Source: Flavobacterium sp.
GTDB lineage: Bacteria > Bacteroidota > Bacteroidia > Flavobacteriales > Flavobacteriaceae
Direction of reading: 5' to 3'
Assembly: GCA_041916875.1 (NCBI GenBank)
Contig: JAYRYS010000002.1
Span: 73,865 to 137,864 of the forward strand
Length of the DNA: 64,000 nucleotides
This document shows, piece by piece, positions 29,031 through 38,370 of this stretch. Position numbers and translations under genes: made by a program. The notes below the pieces were generated by a model that worked only from the letters and a program-made list of their open reading frames with translations, made no database searches and was not told the DNA's origin. Each line of letters starts with the position of its first letter. The stretch's first letter is position 1.

Positions 29031-30302
29031 CTACAGGTCGAATTGTTTTATTTTACGGTATAATGTCCTTTCTGATATGCCCAGCTCATCAGCCGCGGCT
29101 TTGCGCTTGCCTTTGTTTCGTTCCAGCGCTTTTTTAATCAGCTCAATCTCTTTTTCGTCCAGCCTCAGTGTTTCTTCCTCTTCCACAGTTTCGGCAAACA
29201 GGTAATTGTCGTCGTCGTCGTGGTGGTGCTCCACAACTGGTTCTTGCCTTACCGGTTTTTGCGGGGCATACACCTCGTCATGGTGCAGTTCCTCAAAGTG
29301 GCTATCGTTTTCGCCGTTGCCGTATATGCGCTGAATAAGATTTTTATTGGTTTCCTGCACTTTGCCGGTGTTGCCGCTTTGCATCAGGTCCAGCGTCAGT
29401 TTTTTTAGGTCGTTTAGGTCGGCCTTCATGTCAAACAACACCTTGTAGAGTATCTCCCTTTCGGTACTGAAATCGCTTTCCTGCTTTTTGCCCGGTATTA
29501 CGGCTGGCAGGTTGGTGCCGGCTTCCGGCAGGTAGCCACGCAGTGATGCACCGGTAATATTCCTGTTGGTTTCCAGTACTGATATCTGTTCGGCCACGTT
29601 GCGCAGTTGGCGGATGTTCCCGCTCCACCGGTATTGCGTCAGGAGGTTTACGGCATCGTCTTCCAGCTTTATGGGTGGCATTTTGTATTTGTGGGCGAAG
29701 TCTGACGAGAACTTACGGAACAGCAAATGCACATCATCCTTCCTGTCGCGCAGGGGCGGCAATGAGATTTCCACAGTGCTGAGGCGGTAGTACAAATCCT
29801 CACGGAACTTGCCTTTCTCAATCGCGTCAAACATATTTACGTTGGTGGCCGCTACAATGCGCACGTTGGTTTTTTGCACCTGGCTGGACCCAACTTTGAT
29901 GAACTCGCCGTTTTCCAGCACGCGCAGCAGGCGTACCTGTGTGGTAAGTGGCAGTTCGCCTACTTCATCAAGGAAAATGGTACCGCCGTCGGCTACTTCA
30001 AAATAACCTTCGCGGGTTGATGTTGCCCCTGTAAAGGCACCCTTTTCATGCCCGAAAAGTTCACTGTCAATAGTGCCTTCGGGTATGGCGCCGCAGTTTA
30101 CGGCGATGTATTTGCCATGCTTGCGGTGCGACAGGGCATGGATAATTTTAGGGATACTTTCCTTACCCACACCGCTTTCACCGGTAACCAGTACCGAAAT
30201 ATCGGTAGGTGCCACCTGGATGGCTTTCTCTATGGCGCGGTTCAGCTTAGGGTCATTCCCTATAATCTCGAACCGCTGCTTTATGGCTTGTACGCTTTCC
30301 AT
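29031..30302 (-). CDS. sigma54-dependent enhancer-binding protein (AAA+ plus Fis HTH, no N-terminal sensor)
   Basis: GESGVGKE, ELFGHEKGAFTGA, FLDEVGE, FREDLYYRL, AADELGISERTLYRK. Confidence 0.92.
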   Translation of the reverse strand: MESVQAIKQRFEIIGNDPKLNRAIEKAIQVAPTDISVLVTGESGVGKESIPKIIHALSHRKHGKYIAVNCGAIPEGTIDSELFGHEKGAFTGATSTREGYFEVADGGTIFLDEVGELPLTTQVRLLRVLENGEFIKVGSSQVQKTNVRIVAATNVNMFDAIEKGKFREDLYYRLSTVEISLPPLRDRKDDVHLLFRKFSSDFAHKYKMPPIKLEDDAVNLLTQYRWSGNIRQLRNVAEQISVLETNRNITGASLRGYLPEAGTNLPAVIPGKKQESDFSTEREILYKVLFDMKADLNDLKKLTLDLMQSGNTGKVQETNKNLIQRIYGNGENDSHFEELHHDEVYAPQKPVRQEPVVEHHHDDDDNYLFAETVEEEETLRLDEKEIELIKKALERNKGKRKAAADELGISERTLYRKIKQFDL

Positions 30303-30306
30303 ATTG

Positions 30307-30336
30307 TTTTGTTTCAGGTTTCAAGTTTCAGGTTAT
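30307..30336. repeat. left 30-bp inverted repeat of the four-helix-bundle cassette
   Basis: TTTT GTTTCAG GTTTCAA GTTTCAG GTTAT. Confidence 0.9.
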
Positions 30337-30722
30337 TGAAACTTGTTGCCCTTAAAGTCATTTTTATTTAGATAGACTATGAAGTTCTTTATTTTACCGC
30401 TTAACTTTTCATAGTCGTTTTTTAATTCAGCGAATTGTTCCTCGGTAATATATCCGCAATCCAGTAGGCGGTATAATTGCGAGCGTGTTTCACCCGCTGA
30501 ACCTTTCGCGATAGCAAGAAATTGCCTGAATTCAATATTTCCATCCCTTTCAAAACCTTCAGCAATATTATCCATGACCGAACCGGATGACGCCTTTACC
30601 TGTGATTTCAACCTAAAATCGGAATTAAGGTTTGTTTCAACAGATATAATATGTATGATATGTGCCAGTCTTCGTGCTTCTTTCCAAATTTCCAAATCCT
30701 CAAACCTGTTTATCGTCGCCAT
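30333..30722 (-). CDS. four helix bundle protein (23S rRNA IVS protein/Avd-like family)
   Basis: FEDLEIWKEA, DFRLKSQ, SVMDNIAEGFER, FLAIAKGSAGETRSQL. Confidence 0.93.
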   Translation of the reverse strand: MATINRFEDLEIWKEARRLAHIIHIISVETNLNSDFRLKSQVKASSGSVMDNIAEGFERDGNIEFRQFLAIAKGSAGETRSQLYRLLDCGYITEEQFAELKNDYEKLSGKIKNFIVYLNKNDFKGNKFQ

Positions 30723-30750
30723 AACCTGAAACCTGAAACTTGAAACAAAA
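30721..30750. repeat. right 30-bp inverted repeat of the four-helix-bundle cassette
   Basis: ATAAC CTGAAAC CTGAAAC TTGAAAC AAAA; its reverse complement matches the left arm at 28/30. Confidence 0.9.
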
Positions 30751-32196
30751 CTATTGCATTGATGAATATCCTACCGCTTCACCTATCAATGTTGATGTGG
30801 TGCAGTCTTCGGTAAGCACGTTCACAAAATCACCGGGCTTGTAGTTGCCTTTCGGGAAAACTACGGTGGTGTTTTGCGAATTGCGCCCGCTCCAATGCGC
30901 GGCAGATCGCTTTGATTCTTTCTCCACCAGCACTTCCACTACCTGGCCTACAAAACGCTGCGTACGTTCCAAAGCTATCTTTTGCTGCAGGTCTATAATT
31001 TCAGTAAGCCTGCGGTTTTTCACTTCGGCAGGTACATCGTCCTCCATTTTACGGGCAGCGAGTGTGCCCGGGCGTTCCGAATAGGCAAACATAAACCCGA
31101 AGTCGTACCGCACATGCTCCATCAGGCTCAGGGTATCTTTGTGGTCTTCCTCCGTTTCGGTAGGGAAACCGGTAATCATATCCTGCGATAGCGATATGTC
31201 AGGAATTATCCTGTATATATTATCTACCAGCGCCATGTATTCCTCACGGGTGTGCTGGCGGTTCATCTCTTTCAGTATGCGCGTGCTGCCGCTTTGTACC
31301 GGCAGGTGTATGTACTTACATATATTATGGTGTTTGGCCATAACCTCAATTACCTCCAGGTGCATGTCCTGCGGGTTGGAAGTACTGAAACGGAAACGCA
31401 TTTTAGGGAACGTCGTGGCAACCATGTCCAGCAGCTGTGCAAAATCTACCGCTGTGGCTTTCTGCATTTCGGTAGCTTTTACATAATCTTTCTTCAGTCC
31501 GCCGCCATACCACAGGTAGCTGTCCACGTTCTGGCCCAGCAGGGTAACTTCCTTAAAGCCTTTTGCCCACAGGTCGGCAATTTCTTCCATAATGCTTTGC
31601 GGCTCACGGCTGCGCTCCCGCCCACGGGTAAATGGCACCACGCAAAAGGTACACATGTTATCGCACCCACGGGTTATGGAAACAAAAGCTGTAACGCCGT
31701 TGCTGTTAAGGCGCACCGGCGCAATATCGCCATAGGTTTCTTCTTTTGACAAGATAACGTTTATGGCATCGCGGCCTTCTTCTACCTCTTTCAAAAGGTT
31801 CGGTATGTCCTTGTAAGCATCAGGGCCTACCACCATGTCCACAATTTTTTCTTCCTCCAAAAACTGGCTCTTAAGGCGTTCGGCCATGCAGCCCAGCACG
31901 CCTACCTTCATTCCCGGGTTTATTTTTTTTACGGCATTGTATTTTTCCAGCCTTTTGCGCACGGTCTGCTCCGCCTTATCGCGTATAGAGCAGGTATTTA
32001 CCAGCACAAGGTCGGCTTCCTCAATGTTTTGTGTAGTATTGTATCCCTGTTCCGAAAGTATAGAGGCCACAATCTCACTGTCAGAAAAATTCATCTGGCA
32101 GCCGTAGCTCTCTATGAACAGTTTTTTGGTATTTTCCGCTTTTTGCTCTAAAACAAGGCTTTGGCCCTGCTTGTTTTCTTCAATAATCTTTTCCAT
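30751..32196 (-). CDS. miaB: tRNA-2-methylthio-N6-dimethylallyladenosine synthase
   Basis: SYGCQMNFSDSE, NTCSIRDKAE, radical SAM CDNMCTFC, TRAM domain. Start MEKII; -7 box TATCTTTG at 32228-32235. Confidence 0.96.
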   Translation of the reverse strand: MEKIIEENKQGQSLVLEQKAENTKKLFIESYGCQMNFSDSEIVASILSEQGYNTTQNIEEADLVLVNTCSIRDKAEQTVRKRLEKYNAVKKINPGMKVGVLGCMAERLKSQFLEEEKIVDMVVGPDAYKDIPNLLKEVEEGRDAINVILSKEETYGDIAPVRLNSNGVTAFVSITRGCDNMCTFCVVPFTRGRERSREPQSIMEEIADLWAKGFKEVTLLGQNVDSYLWYGGGLKKDYVKATEMQKATAVDFAQLLDMVATTFPKMRFRFSTSNPQDMHLEVIEVMAKHHNICKYIHLPVQSGSTRILKEMNRQHTREEYMALVDNIYRIIPDISLSQDMITGFPTETEEDHKDTLSLMEHVRYDFGFMFAYSERPGTLAARKMEDDVPAEVKNRRLTEIIDLQQKIALERTQRFVGQVVEVLVEKESKRSAAHWSGRNSQNTTVVFPKGNYKPGDFVNVLTEDCTTSTLIGEAVGYSSMQ

Positions 32197-32399
32197 TTCC
32201 ACTCCTGTAGTGCTTTTTTCAGAACTGCAAAGATAGTATTTTATTTTAAGGTGTGACATTATGACAGCCTTACCGCTAATAAATTTTGGGCAAACGCAGA
32301 GTGAATTAAAGGTTAATGTTTTTCAAAAAAAACGACTTTTAAAATGCGCAAAAACCAATATTTAAAAAAAACCAATACTTTTGCCACTCAAAGAAAAGT

Positions 32400-34916
32400 A
32401 TGATGGCAAAGAATTTAGTGATTGTGGAGTCGCCTGCAAAGGCAAAAACCATTGAAAAGTTTTTGGGTAAGGATTACCAGGTAGAGTCCAGCTATGGGCA
32501 TATTGCCGACCTTCCATCCAAAGAAATAGGTGTTGACGTTGAAAATGGTTTTAAACCCAAATACGAAGTTTCTGCCGACAAAAAAGCGCTGGTAAAAAAA
32601 CTGAAGGACCTGTCCAAAACTGCTGAAACGGTTTGGCTGGCATCGGATGAGGACCGCGAGGGTGAGGCAATTGCCTGGCACCTGGCGGAAGAGCTGAAGC
32701 TGGATCAGAAAAAAACCAAACGCATTGTCTTTCACGAAATTACCAAGACTGCCATACAAAAAGCCATTGAAAATCCAAGAGGCATTAATTATGACCTGGT
32801 AAATGCACAACAGGCGCGCCGCGTACTGGACAGGCTGGTGGGCTATGAGCTGTCGCCGGTATTATGGAAAAAGGTAAAGACAGGCCTTTCTGCCGGGAGG
32901 GTACAATCGGTTTCCGTAAGGCTCATAGTGGAACGCGAGCGTGAGATACAGAACTTTAATGCAGAAGCATCCTACTCGGTTACTGCTGAGTTTGTAAATG
33001 AAGCCGGTAAAACTTTGAAGGCAAAGTTGCCGAAAAACTTTTCAACGAAAGAAGAAGCACAGGATTTCCTGAATAAAAATATCGGCTCTATATATAAGGT
33101 GTCAGACCTTGAAACCAAGCCGGCCAAAAAATCGCCTGCCGCACCATTCACCACATCTACGCTTCAGCAGGAAGCGGCCAGGAAATTGTATTTCCCGGTT
33201 GGTGTTACCATGATGCTGGCGCAAAGGTTGTATGAGGCGGGGCTTATCACCTACATGAGGACAGATAGCGTAAACCTTTCGCAGGAAGCCATGACGGCTG
33301 CACAGGATGAAATTACCCGATCATACGGTAAGGAATTCAGCCATCCGCGCAGCTATAACACCAAGAGCAAAGGGGCGCAGGAGGCGCACGAGGCCATTCG
33401 CCCTACGGATATGACAAGGCATTCGGTAAACATTGACCGTGACCAGGCCAGGTTGTATGACCTGATTTGGAAACGTACGCTGGCATCTCAAATGAGCGAT
33501 GCTCAGCTGGAGCGCACCAACGTAAAGATTGTAGCCAACAACCATAGCGAAGCGTTTACCGCATCCGGCGAAGTACTGAAGTTTGAAGGATTTTTGAAAG
33601 TATATCTTGAAGGGAATGACGATGAAGATACCGAACAGGAAGGCATGCTGCCGGCACTAAGGGTAAATGAGTCACTCCTTAATAATTATATAACCGCCAC
33701 CGAAAGGTTTTCCCGCCCGCCCGCCCGCTATACTGAGGCAGCGCTGGTAAAGAAACTGGAGGAGCTGGGCATAGGCCGCCCGTCAACCTACGCGCCAACC
33801 ATCTCTACCATCATCAACAGGAATTATGTAGAGAAAGGTAGCTTTGAAGGGCAGGAGAGGCAGTACCGCCAGCTTACGCTGAAAGGCGGCGCAGTGACCG
33901 AGCAGGGCCTGACTGAAAATGTAGGGTCAGACAAAGGAAAGCTGGTGCCGACAGATATCGGGATGATTGTGAACGACTTCCTGGTGAACCATTTTGAAAC
34001 GATACTGGATTATAACTTTACCGCAAAGGTAGAGCAGGATTTTGATGAGATAGCTTCGGGCAACGAAGACTGGACCAAGATGATGAAGGATTTCTATGGT
34101 CATTTTCACCCTACGGTGAAAGATGTAGAAAAGAATGCCGAAAGGGAATCGGGCGAACGCATACTGGGTACCGACCCTAAATCGGGCAAACCGGTGAGCG
34201 TGCGTTTGGGCAAGTTTGGACCGATGGCACAAATTGGCGATGCCGATGATGAGGCCAAGCAGTTTGCCAGCCTTATGCCCGAACAGAACATTGGCACCAT
34301 AACTCTTGATGAGGCATTGGGCTTGTTCCAGCTGCCAAAAGCATTGGGTACTTACAAAGGCGAAGAGGTAGAAGTGAACAATGGCCGTTTTGGCCCATAT
34401 GTGCGCTTTGGCAAAATGTTCATCTCCCTGCCAAAAGGCGAAGATCCGTTGGATGTGACCTTTGAACGCGCCAAGGAACTGATAGGAGAGAAAGAGCAGG
34501 CCGATGCGCCGATAGGCTATTATGAAGAACTGCCTGTTCAAAAAGGAGTGGGCCGCTTTGGGCCCTTCATCAAATGGAACGGCATGTTTATCAATGTAAG
34601 CAAAAAATATAATTTTGATAACCTTAGCCAGGCTGATATTGAAACGCTGATTGAAGACAAACAGCAAAAAGACCAGGACAAGGTGATTCACAACTGGGAA
34701 GCCGATGGCATAAAGGTTGAGAAAGCACGCTGGGGGCGCTCTGTAATCCTGAAAGGGAAAACCAAGATTGAACTGGGTAAGGATGTAGATGCAACGCTGC
34801 TTACGCTGGACCAGGTGAAGCAATTGATTGAAGCCAAAGCGCCGGCCAAAAAACCTGCAGCTAAAAAAGCGGCAGCCAAGCCTGCAGCCAAAAAAACGAC
34901 AGCAAAAAAGAAATAA
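32400..34916 (+). CDS. topA: DNA topoisomerase I
   Basis: LVIVESPAKAKTI, DEDREGE, SAGRVQS, ITYMRTD, Lys/Ala tail; -7 box TACTTTTG at 32376-32383. Confidence 0.98.
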   Translation: MMAKNLVIVESPAKAKTIEKFLGKDYQVESSYGHIADLPSKEIGVDVENGFKPKYEVSADKKALVKKLKDLSKTAETVWLASDEDREGEAIAWHLAEELKLDQKKTKRIVFHEITKTAIQKAIENPRGINYDLVNAQQARRVLDRLVGYELSPVLWKKVKTGLSAGRVQSVSVRLIVEREREIQNFNAEASYSVTAEFVNEAGKTLKAKLPKNFSTKEEAQDFLNKNIGSIYKVSDLETKPAKKSPAAPFTTSTLQQEAARKLYFPVGVTMMLAQRLYEAGLITYMRTDSVNLSQEAMTAAQDEITRSYGKEFSHPRSYNTKSKGAQEAHEAIRPTDMTRHSVNIDRDQARLYDLIWKRTLASQMSDAQLERTNVKIVANNHSEAFTASGEVLKFEGFLKVYLEGNDDEDTEQEGMLPALRVNESLLNNYITATERFSRPPARYTEAALVKKLEELGIGRPSTYAPTISTIINRNYVEKGSFEGQERQYRQLTLKGGAVTEQGLTENVGSDKGKLVPTDIGMIVNDFLVNHFETILDYNFTAKVEQDFDEIASGNEDWTKMMKDFYGHFHPTVKDVEKNAERESGERILGTDPKSGKPVSVRLGKFGPMAQIGDADDEAKQFASLMPEQNIGTITLDEALGLFQLPKALGTYKGEEVEVNNGRFGPYVRFGKMFISLPKGEDPLDVTFERAKELIGEKEQADAPIGYYEELPVQKGVGRFGPFIKWNGMFINVSKKYNFDNLSQADIETLIEDKQQKDQDKVIHNWEADGIKVEKARWGRSVILKGKTKIELGKDVDATLLTLDQVKQLIEAKAPAKKPAAKKAAAKPAAKKTTAKKK

Positions 34917-34919
34917 TAT

Positions 34920-36074
34920 ATGGTTTTTGACTTTTTACAACCCCTGGAACCGGAACTTCTCGATTTTATCGATGGGCTATCCATGCAGTCGCTTGGTAAA
35001 AAAGCAGTTTTGCATACTGCTGATGAGTTTCCTGAATTGGAAAGCGCAGCTATAGCTATTATAGGTGTTTTGGATAACAGGGGAGGTGAGGAAAGAAAAG
35101 ATCATGTACACCTTAATTATATACGCAAACAATTCTACAGCCTTTTTCCGGGCAACTGGGACAAGCAGATTGTAGATTTGGGCAACATACCGGCAGGCGA
35201 TTCACTGCAGGATACCTACTATGTGCTGAAAAACATTTGCGCCGAACTGATGCGCAGCAAAATTATACCTATAGTTATAGGTGGTACACAGGATTTGACC
35301 TATGCCATGTACCGTGCCTATGACAACCTGGAGCAGATGGTGAACCTGGTAGCTATTGACAGCAGGTTTGATTTTGGCAAACAGGAAGAGGAGATATCGG
35401 CGCAGTCCTACCTTACACGTATAATAGTAGAAGAGCCCAACAATCTTTTCAACTACAGCAATATTGGCTACCAAACCTATTTTAACCCACAGGAAGAGAT
35501 AGACCTGATAGAAAAATTGTTCTTTGACGAGTACCGTTTGGGCGAAGTTTGCGCTAATCCGTCAATTGCAGAACCGGTTTTCAGGGACGCCGACCTGGTT
35601 AGCCTGGACCTTACATCCGTAAAATCAAGCGATTCCGGGAATTTAGTTAATTTTATCCCAAATGGTTTTAATGGTAAAGAAATTTGTACTTTAGCACGCT
35701 ATGCGGGGATAAGCGATAAAATTACATCGTTCGGTATTTTTAACCACAATAATACCCGCCAGGAATCCGTTCTGATAGCCCAGGTGCTGTGGTATTTTAT
35801 AGAAGGTGTGCATTATCGCTCTAACGAGTACCCTTTTGGCAGCAAAGATGATTACACCAGGTACATAGTGCCTATGGAAGATGAGGAAGAACTAGTGTTT
35901 TATAAGAGCGACAGGACAGACAGGTGGTGGATTGAGATACCGTTTGTTGCCGGGGGTAATAATAAACTAAAGAGAAGCACGTTATTACCATGCATATACG
36001 AAGATTATGTGGGTGCCTGCAACAACGAACTGCCGGAGAGGTGGTGGAAAGCGCAACGAAAGAATATATTATAA
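34920..36074 (+). CDS. arginase/formimidoylglutamase-fold protein (metal motifs degenerate)
   Basis: IVDLGNI, PIVIGGTQD, AIDSRFD, SLDLTSV, C-terminal ERWW domain; conserved position before gldK. Confidence 0.8.
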   Translation: MVFDFLQPLEPELLDFIDGLSMQSLGKKAVLHTADEFPELESAAIAIIGVLDNRGGEERKDHVHLNYIRKQFYSLFPGNWDKQIVDLGNIPAGDSLQDTYYVLKNICAELMRSKIIPIVIGGTQDLTYAMYRAYDNLEQMVNLVAIDSRFDFGKQEEEISAQSYLTRIIVEEPNNLFNYSNIGYQTYFNPQEEIDLIEKLFFDEYRLGEVCANPSIAEPVFRDADLVSLDLTSVKSSDSGNLVNFIPNGFNGKEICTLARYAGISDKITSFGIFNHNNTRQESVLIAQVLWYFIEGVHYRSNEYPFGSKDDYTRYIVPMEDEEELVFYKSDRTDRWWIEIPFVAGGNNKLKRSTLLPCIYEDYVGACNNELPERWWKAQRKNIL

Positions 36075-36243
36075 AAAGACAAACATAATATAAAGGAATT
36101 GTTATAAAAACCTGCATTTTTATGAAGATTAATAACGATTAACTTTTTGTGTAGGTTTTTTTATTAAAAAAATTGTTTTTTTCAAAATAAATAAATAGGT
36201 TTACGCCCTTAAAAATAGAAGTACATAAATAACCCAAATTTAT

Positions 36244-37626
36244 ATGAAGAAGCTCATTGCATTAACAGCAACTTTATCATTCTTAATTAGCTGTGGTTCC
36301 AGTGACCGGGGGGAGCTGGTAGGTGTTAGAGGAAAAAAGTGGAGGCCTGAAAAGCCTTATGGTATGACTTTGGTTCCAGGTGGCGCTTACATTATGGGTA
36401 AGTCCGACGATGATCTGGCTAATGTTCAGGATGCTCCTACAAAGACTGTAACTGTGCGTTCATTTTATATGGACGAAACAGAGATAACGAACAGTGAGTA
36501 CCGTCAGTTCGTTGAATGGGTTAAAGACTCTACCATCAGGACAAGGCTTGCAATCCTTGCTGATGAGGTGGGTGAAACAGGTGGCGAAGGCAAAAAAGAA
36601 GGTATTGCCCAGTTTGCATTTGCTGATAAGGATACGGTAAACCAGTCGGCTTACGATAAATATATGTACGAAAATTACTATAGCGTGGGTGACGGTGATG
36701 ATCCGTATGCGGGCAGGAAGCTTAATAAGAAAGCTAAGCTTATCAAAGATCCTCAAAAATATCCGGATGAGTATTACGTGGAAGTAATGGACTCTATGTA
36801 TCTTCCTGCTTCTGAGTCTTATAACGGTCAAAGGACAATTGATGTTACTAAGCTGAAATTCAGCTATGCATGGATGGATATTGCTTCTGCTGCTAAAGAT
36901 AAATCTAAGGCTACCAGGACAAAAAGGAGTAAGTACATGAAAAAAGAACAGGTAGAGGTGTATCCTGATACTACTGTGTGGATTAAAGACTTTGCTTACT
37001 CGTATAATGAGCCAATGCATAATGACTATTTCTGGCACCAGGCTTATGGCGAATATCCTGTAGTGGGTGTTAGCTGGATGCAGGCTAAGGCTTTCTGTGC
37101 CTGGAGGACGCTTTATAAAAACTCTTACAATAAATCTAAGAAACGTTCGCAAATCAACTCTTTCCGTCTTCCTACTGAAGCAGAATGGGAATATGCTGCA
37201 AGGGGTGGGCTGGAGTCAGCTACTTATCCTTGGGGTGGTCCTTATGCTAAAAATGACAGGGGATGTTTCCTTGCCAACTTTAAGCCAAACAGGGGTGACT
37301 ATGCTGCCGACGGTGCACTTTATACGGTAGAAGCGCAATCATTTGACCCGAACGAATACAACCTTTACAATATGTCAGGTAACGTAGCGGAGTGGACAGA
37401 TTCTTCTTATGATGCATCTTCTTATGAATATGTTTCTACAATGAACCCTAATGTTCCGGACCTTGCTAACAAAAGGAAGGTAACCCGCGGCGGTTCATGG
37501 AAAGATGTGGCTTACTTCCTTCAGGTAAGTACAAGGGACTGGGAATACCAGGATTCTGCAAGGAGCTACATTGGCTTCAGGACTTGCCAGGATTACATGG
37601 GTACACAGAATACCGGTAACAACTAA
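36244..37626 (+). CDS. gldK: gliding motility/T9SS lipoprotein GldK
   Basis: Lipobox LISC, DRGELVGV, FGE-sulfatase fold (PVVGVSW, RLPTEAEWEYAARGG, RGGSWKD). Confidence 0.96.
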   Translation: MKKLIALTATLSFLISCGSSDRGELVGVRGKKWRPEKPYGMTLVPGGAYIMGKSDDDLANVQDAPTKTVTVRSFYMDETEITNSEYRQFVEWVKDSTIRTRLAILADEVGETGGEGKKEGIAQFAFADKDTVNQSAYDKYMYENYYSVGDGDDPYAGRKLNKKAKLIKDPQKYPDEYYVEVMDSMYLPASESYNGQRTIDVTKLKFSYAWMDIASAAKDKSKATRTKRSKYMKKEQVEVYPDTTVWIKDFAYSYNEPMHNDYFWHQAYGEYPVVGVSWMQAKAFCAWRTLYKNSYNKSKKRSQINSFRLPTEAEWEYAARGGLESATYPWGGPYAKNDRGCFLANFKPNRGDYAADGALYTVEAQSFDPNEYNLYNMSGNVAEWTDSSYDASSYEYVSTMNPNVPDLANKRKVTRGGSWKDVAYFLQVSTRDWEYQDSARSYIGFRTCQDYMGTQNTGNN

Positions 37627-37695
37627 AATTAAAACCAACTCTATTTTTTTTGAATATTAAATTAACTTAACTAAAAACTAAAAATTATTTTTATT

Positions 37696-38328
37696 ATGGC
37701 ACTACCTAAAAAAGTTATGAATTTCGCCTATGGTATGGGGGCAGCAGTTGTAATCATTGGAGCTCTTTTCAAGCTGATGCACTGGCCAGGAGCGAGTCTT
37801 ATGCTTATCGTTGGTTTATCTACTGAGGCCTTGATTTTCGGTCTTTCAGCTTTTGACCCGGTAGAAAAGGAACTTGACTGGTCATTAGTATATCCTGAAC
37901 TTGCAGGTGGCGAGGCCAAGAAAAAAGAAGTGAAAAAAGAAGATCCAAAAGAAGCTCAGGGCTTACTTTCTCAAAAACTGGATAACCTTCTTAAAGAAGC
38001 TAAAATTGATGGCGAACTTATGGCAAGCCTTGGCAACAGCATCAAAAACTTTGAATCTGCTGCAAAAGGTATCTCTCCAACAGTTGACTCAATAGCTTCA
38101 CAAAAGAAATATAGCGAAGAAATGTCAATGGCTGCCGCTCAGATGGAGTCGCTAAACAGCCTGTACAAAGTGCAGTTGGAAAGCGCTTCACGCAATGCTG
38201 AGGCTAACAAAGAAATCGCTGACAATGCATCAAGGCTAAAAGACCAGATGCAGGCTATGACACAAAACATTGCTTCACTAAACAATGTATATGGCGGTAT
38301 GCTTTCTGCTATGGGCAACAGAGCCTAA
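37696..38328 (+). CDS. gldL: gliding motility/T9SS motor protein GldL
   Basis: YGMGAAVVIIGALFK, STEALIF, DWSLVYPEL, LNNVYGGMLSAM. Confidence 0.97.
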   Translation: MALPKKVMNFAYGMGAAVVIIGALFKLMHWPGASLMLIVGLSTEALIFGLSAFDPVEKELDWSLVYPELAGGEAKKKEVKKEDPKEAQGLLSQKLDNLLKEAKIDGELMASLGNSIKNFESAAKGISPTVDSIASQKKYSEEMSMAAAQMESLNSLYKVQLESASRNAEANKEIADNASRLKDQMQAMTQNIASLNNVYGGMLSAMGNRA

Positions 38329-38370
38329 TTAGTGATTAATTTTAACAAAAAACAGAGAACTAATTAGACA

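Noticed and set aside
30333-30722. Diversity-generating retroelement suggested by the Avd-like protein
   Set aside because: No reverse transcriptase and no template/variable repeat pair with adenine-specific mismatches were seen in the window.
30307-30750. Classical IS element suggested by terminal inverted repeats
   Set aside because: The enclosed ORF has no DDE, HUH or serine/tyrosine recombinase motifs, and the putative 4-bp duplication is AT-rich and could be chance.
33927-34823. 298-aa antisense ORF within topA (also 62217-63155, 57977-58726, 36460-37152, 18995-19594 and similar)
   Set aside because: These are shadow ORFs opposite well-supported genes, with no recognisable motifs; codon bias explains them.
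36075-36243. AT-rich gap before gldK as a possible ncRNA or origin
   Set aside because: No stable hairpin, terminator or DnaA-box cluster was seen; it is consistent with an ordinary promoter region.
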